Virus record (IMG/VR): IMGVR_UViG_3300010384_000118
Span: 1-33,668 of that record
From: a virus
Lineage: Duplodnaviria; Caudoviricetes
Reading direction: 5' to 3' (one strand)
DNA: 33,668 nucleotides
Of the stretch, positions 33,246 through 33,668 are shown piece by piece (within the stretch, counting starts at the first letter, position 1; each line of letters begins with the position of its first letter). The position numbers were made by a program, and so were the translations under genes. The notes under the pieces were generated by a model. The model saw only the letters and a program-made list of their open reading frames with translations, made no database searches and was not told the origin of the DNA.

Positions 33246-33668
33246 ATGACCGAAAATCAAGCTTGGATTATTGTTGCAGACCGAGCAAGTATGGAAAAAT
33301 GCGCTGAGCTAAAGACATACGGCTTGAATCATGGCTCTAGAATGGCTGGTATGAAGGTTGGGGATAAGTTAATCGCGTATATCCGCAAAGAAGTTGCATT
33401 TGGCGGTACCGGTGAAGTCCTTAAGCCTTACTATATTGATAATGAAGAGATATTTGAAGGTGGAATCTTCCCACATAGAGTTGGTGTAGAGCTTCAGTTG
33501 GTTCCCAAAAGTGATACTGTAAATGTTTGGGGCCTTGTTGAAGGGCTGGATTTTGCACCAAACAAACAAAATTGGCAAAGTGCTATCGTGGGTGGTATTA
33601 AAAAGATACCTATGAAAGACTTTGAGACTATAAAGAGTGCTTTGTTTTCTATGAAAGTGAGTAGATAG
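33246..33668 (+). CDS. EVE-domain (PUA-like) protein
   Basis: W....,  M..GD.L..Y...F.G..EV....Y.D...IF....FP.R...L.F..NK..W...IP..DF..I pattern. ATG 33246 is preferred because 33213 overlaps the -10 box. Confidence 0.85.
   Translation: MTENQAWIIVADRASMEKCAELKTYGLNHGSRMAGMKVGDKLIAYIRKEVAFGGTGEVLKPYYIDNEEIFEGGIFPHRVGVELQLVPKSDTVNVWGLVEGLDFAPNKQNWQSAIVGGIKKIPMKDFETIKSALFSMKVSR

Larger units (their letters stand above)
1..33668. mobile_element. Temperate podovirus-type phage / prophage (ends not defined)
   Basis: Integrase plus complete packaging, head, short-tail, ejection and fibre modules. No tape measure, sheath or tube genes. Confidence 0.9.

Noticed and set aside
33033-33260. 75-aa minus-strand ORF
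   Set aside because: Runs through two plus-strand terminators and the EVE promoter, and does not look protein-like.

Overview
The window looks like a compact, AT-rich temperate podovirus-type phage or prophage, bounded by an integrase start and an EVE-domain stop. No att site or host gene can be identified. The left end holds a tyrosine integrase with an N-terminal excisionase-like HTH, a hairpin- and repeat-rich non-coding block (candidate origin), a small early operon, a divergent paralog pair and a plus-strand cluster with a GroES-like co-chaperonin. From ~6.5 to 32.1 kb the morphogenesis module reads mostly on the minus strand. In transcription order it is: HNH-AP2 endonuclease, TerL, portal, scaffold, major capsid, an inserted SAM methyltransferase, adaptor, nozzle, GNAT, DNA-ejection proteins, three tail fibres, a chaperone and a holin-like gene. 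The right end carries a divergent TerS-like gene, DUF3768 and a lone EVE protein. Three observations stand out. (1) The largest ejection protein appears split into two convergent genes whose only cysteines sit at the presumed junction (...KQIGC-stop and MAHNC...). (2) About nine late genes carry a CTATT-core promoter-like motif embedded in a hairpin that would sequester their ribosome-binding site. (3) The inverted ejection gene ends in an EETKTE tail that is identical at DNA level to repeats in the scaffold gene. No repressor, helicase, polymerase or endolysin is recognisable. All calls come from reading motifs by eye; no database search was run.
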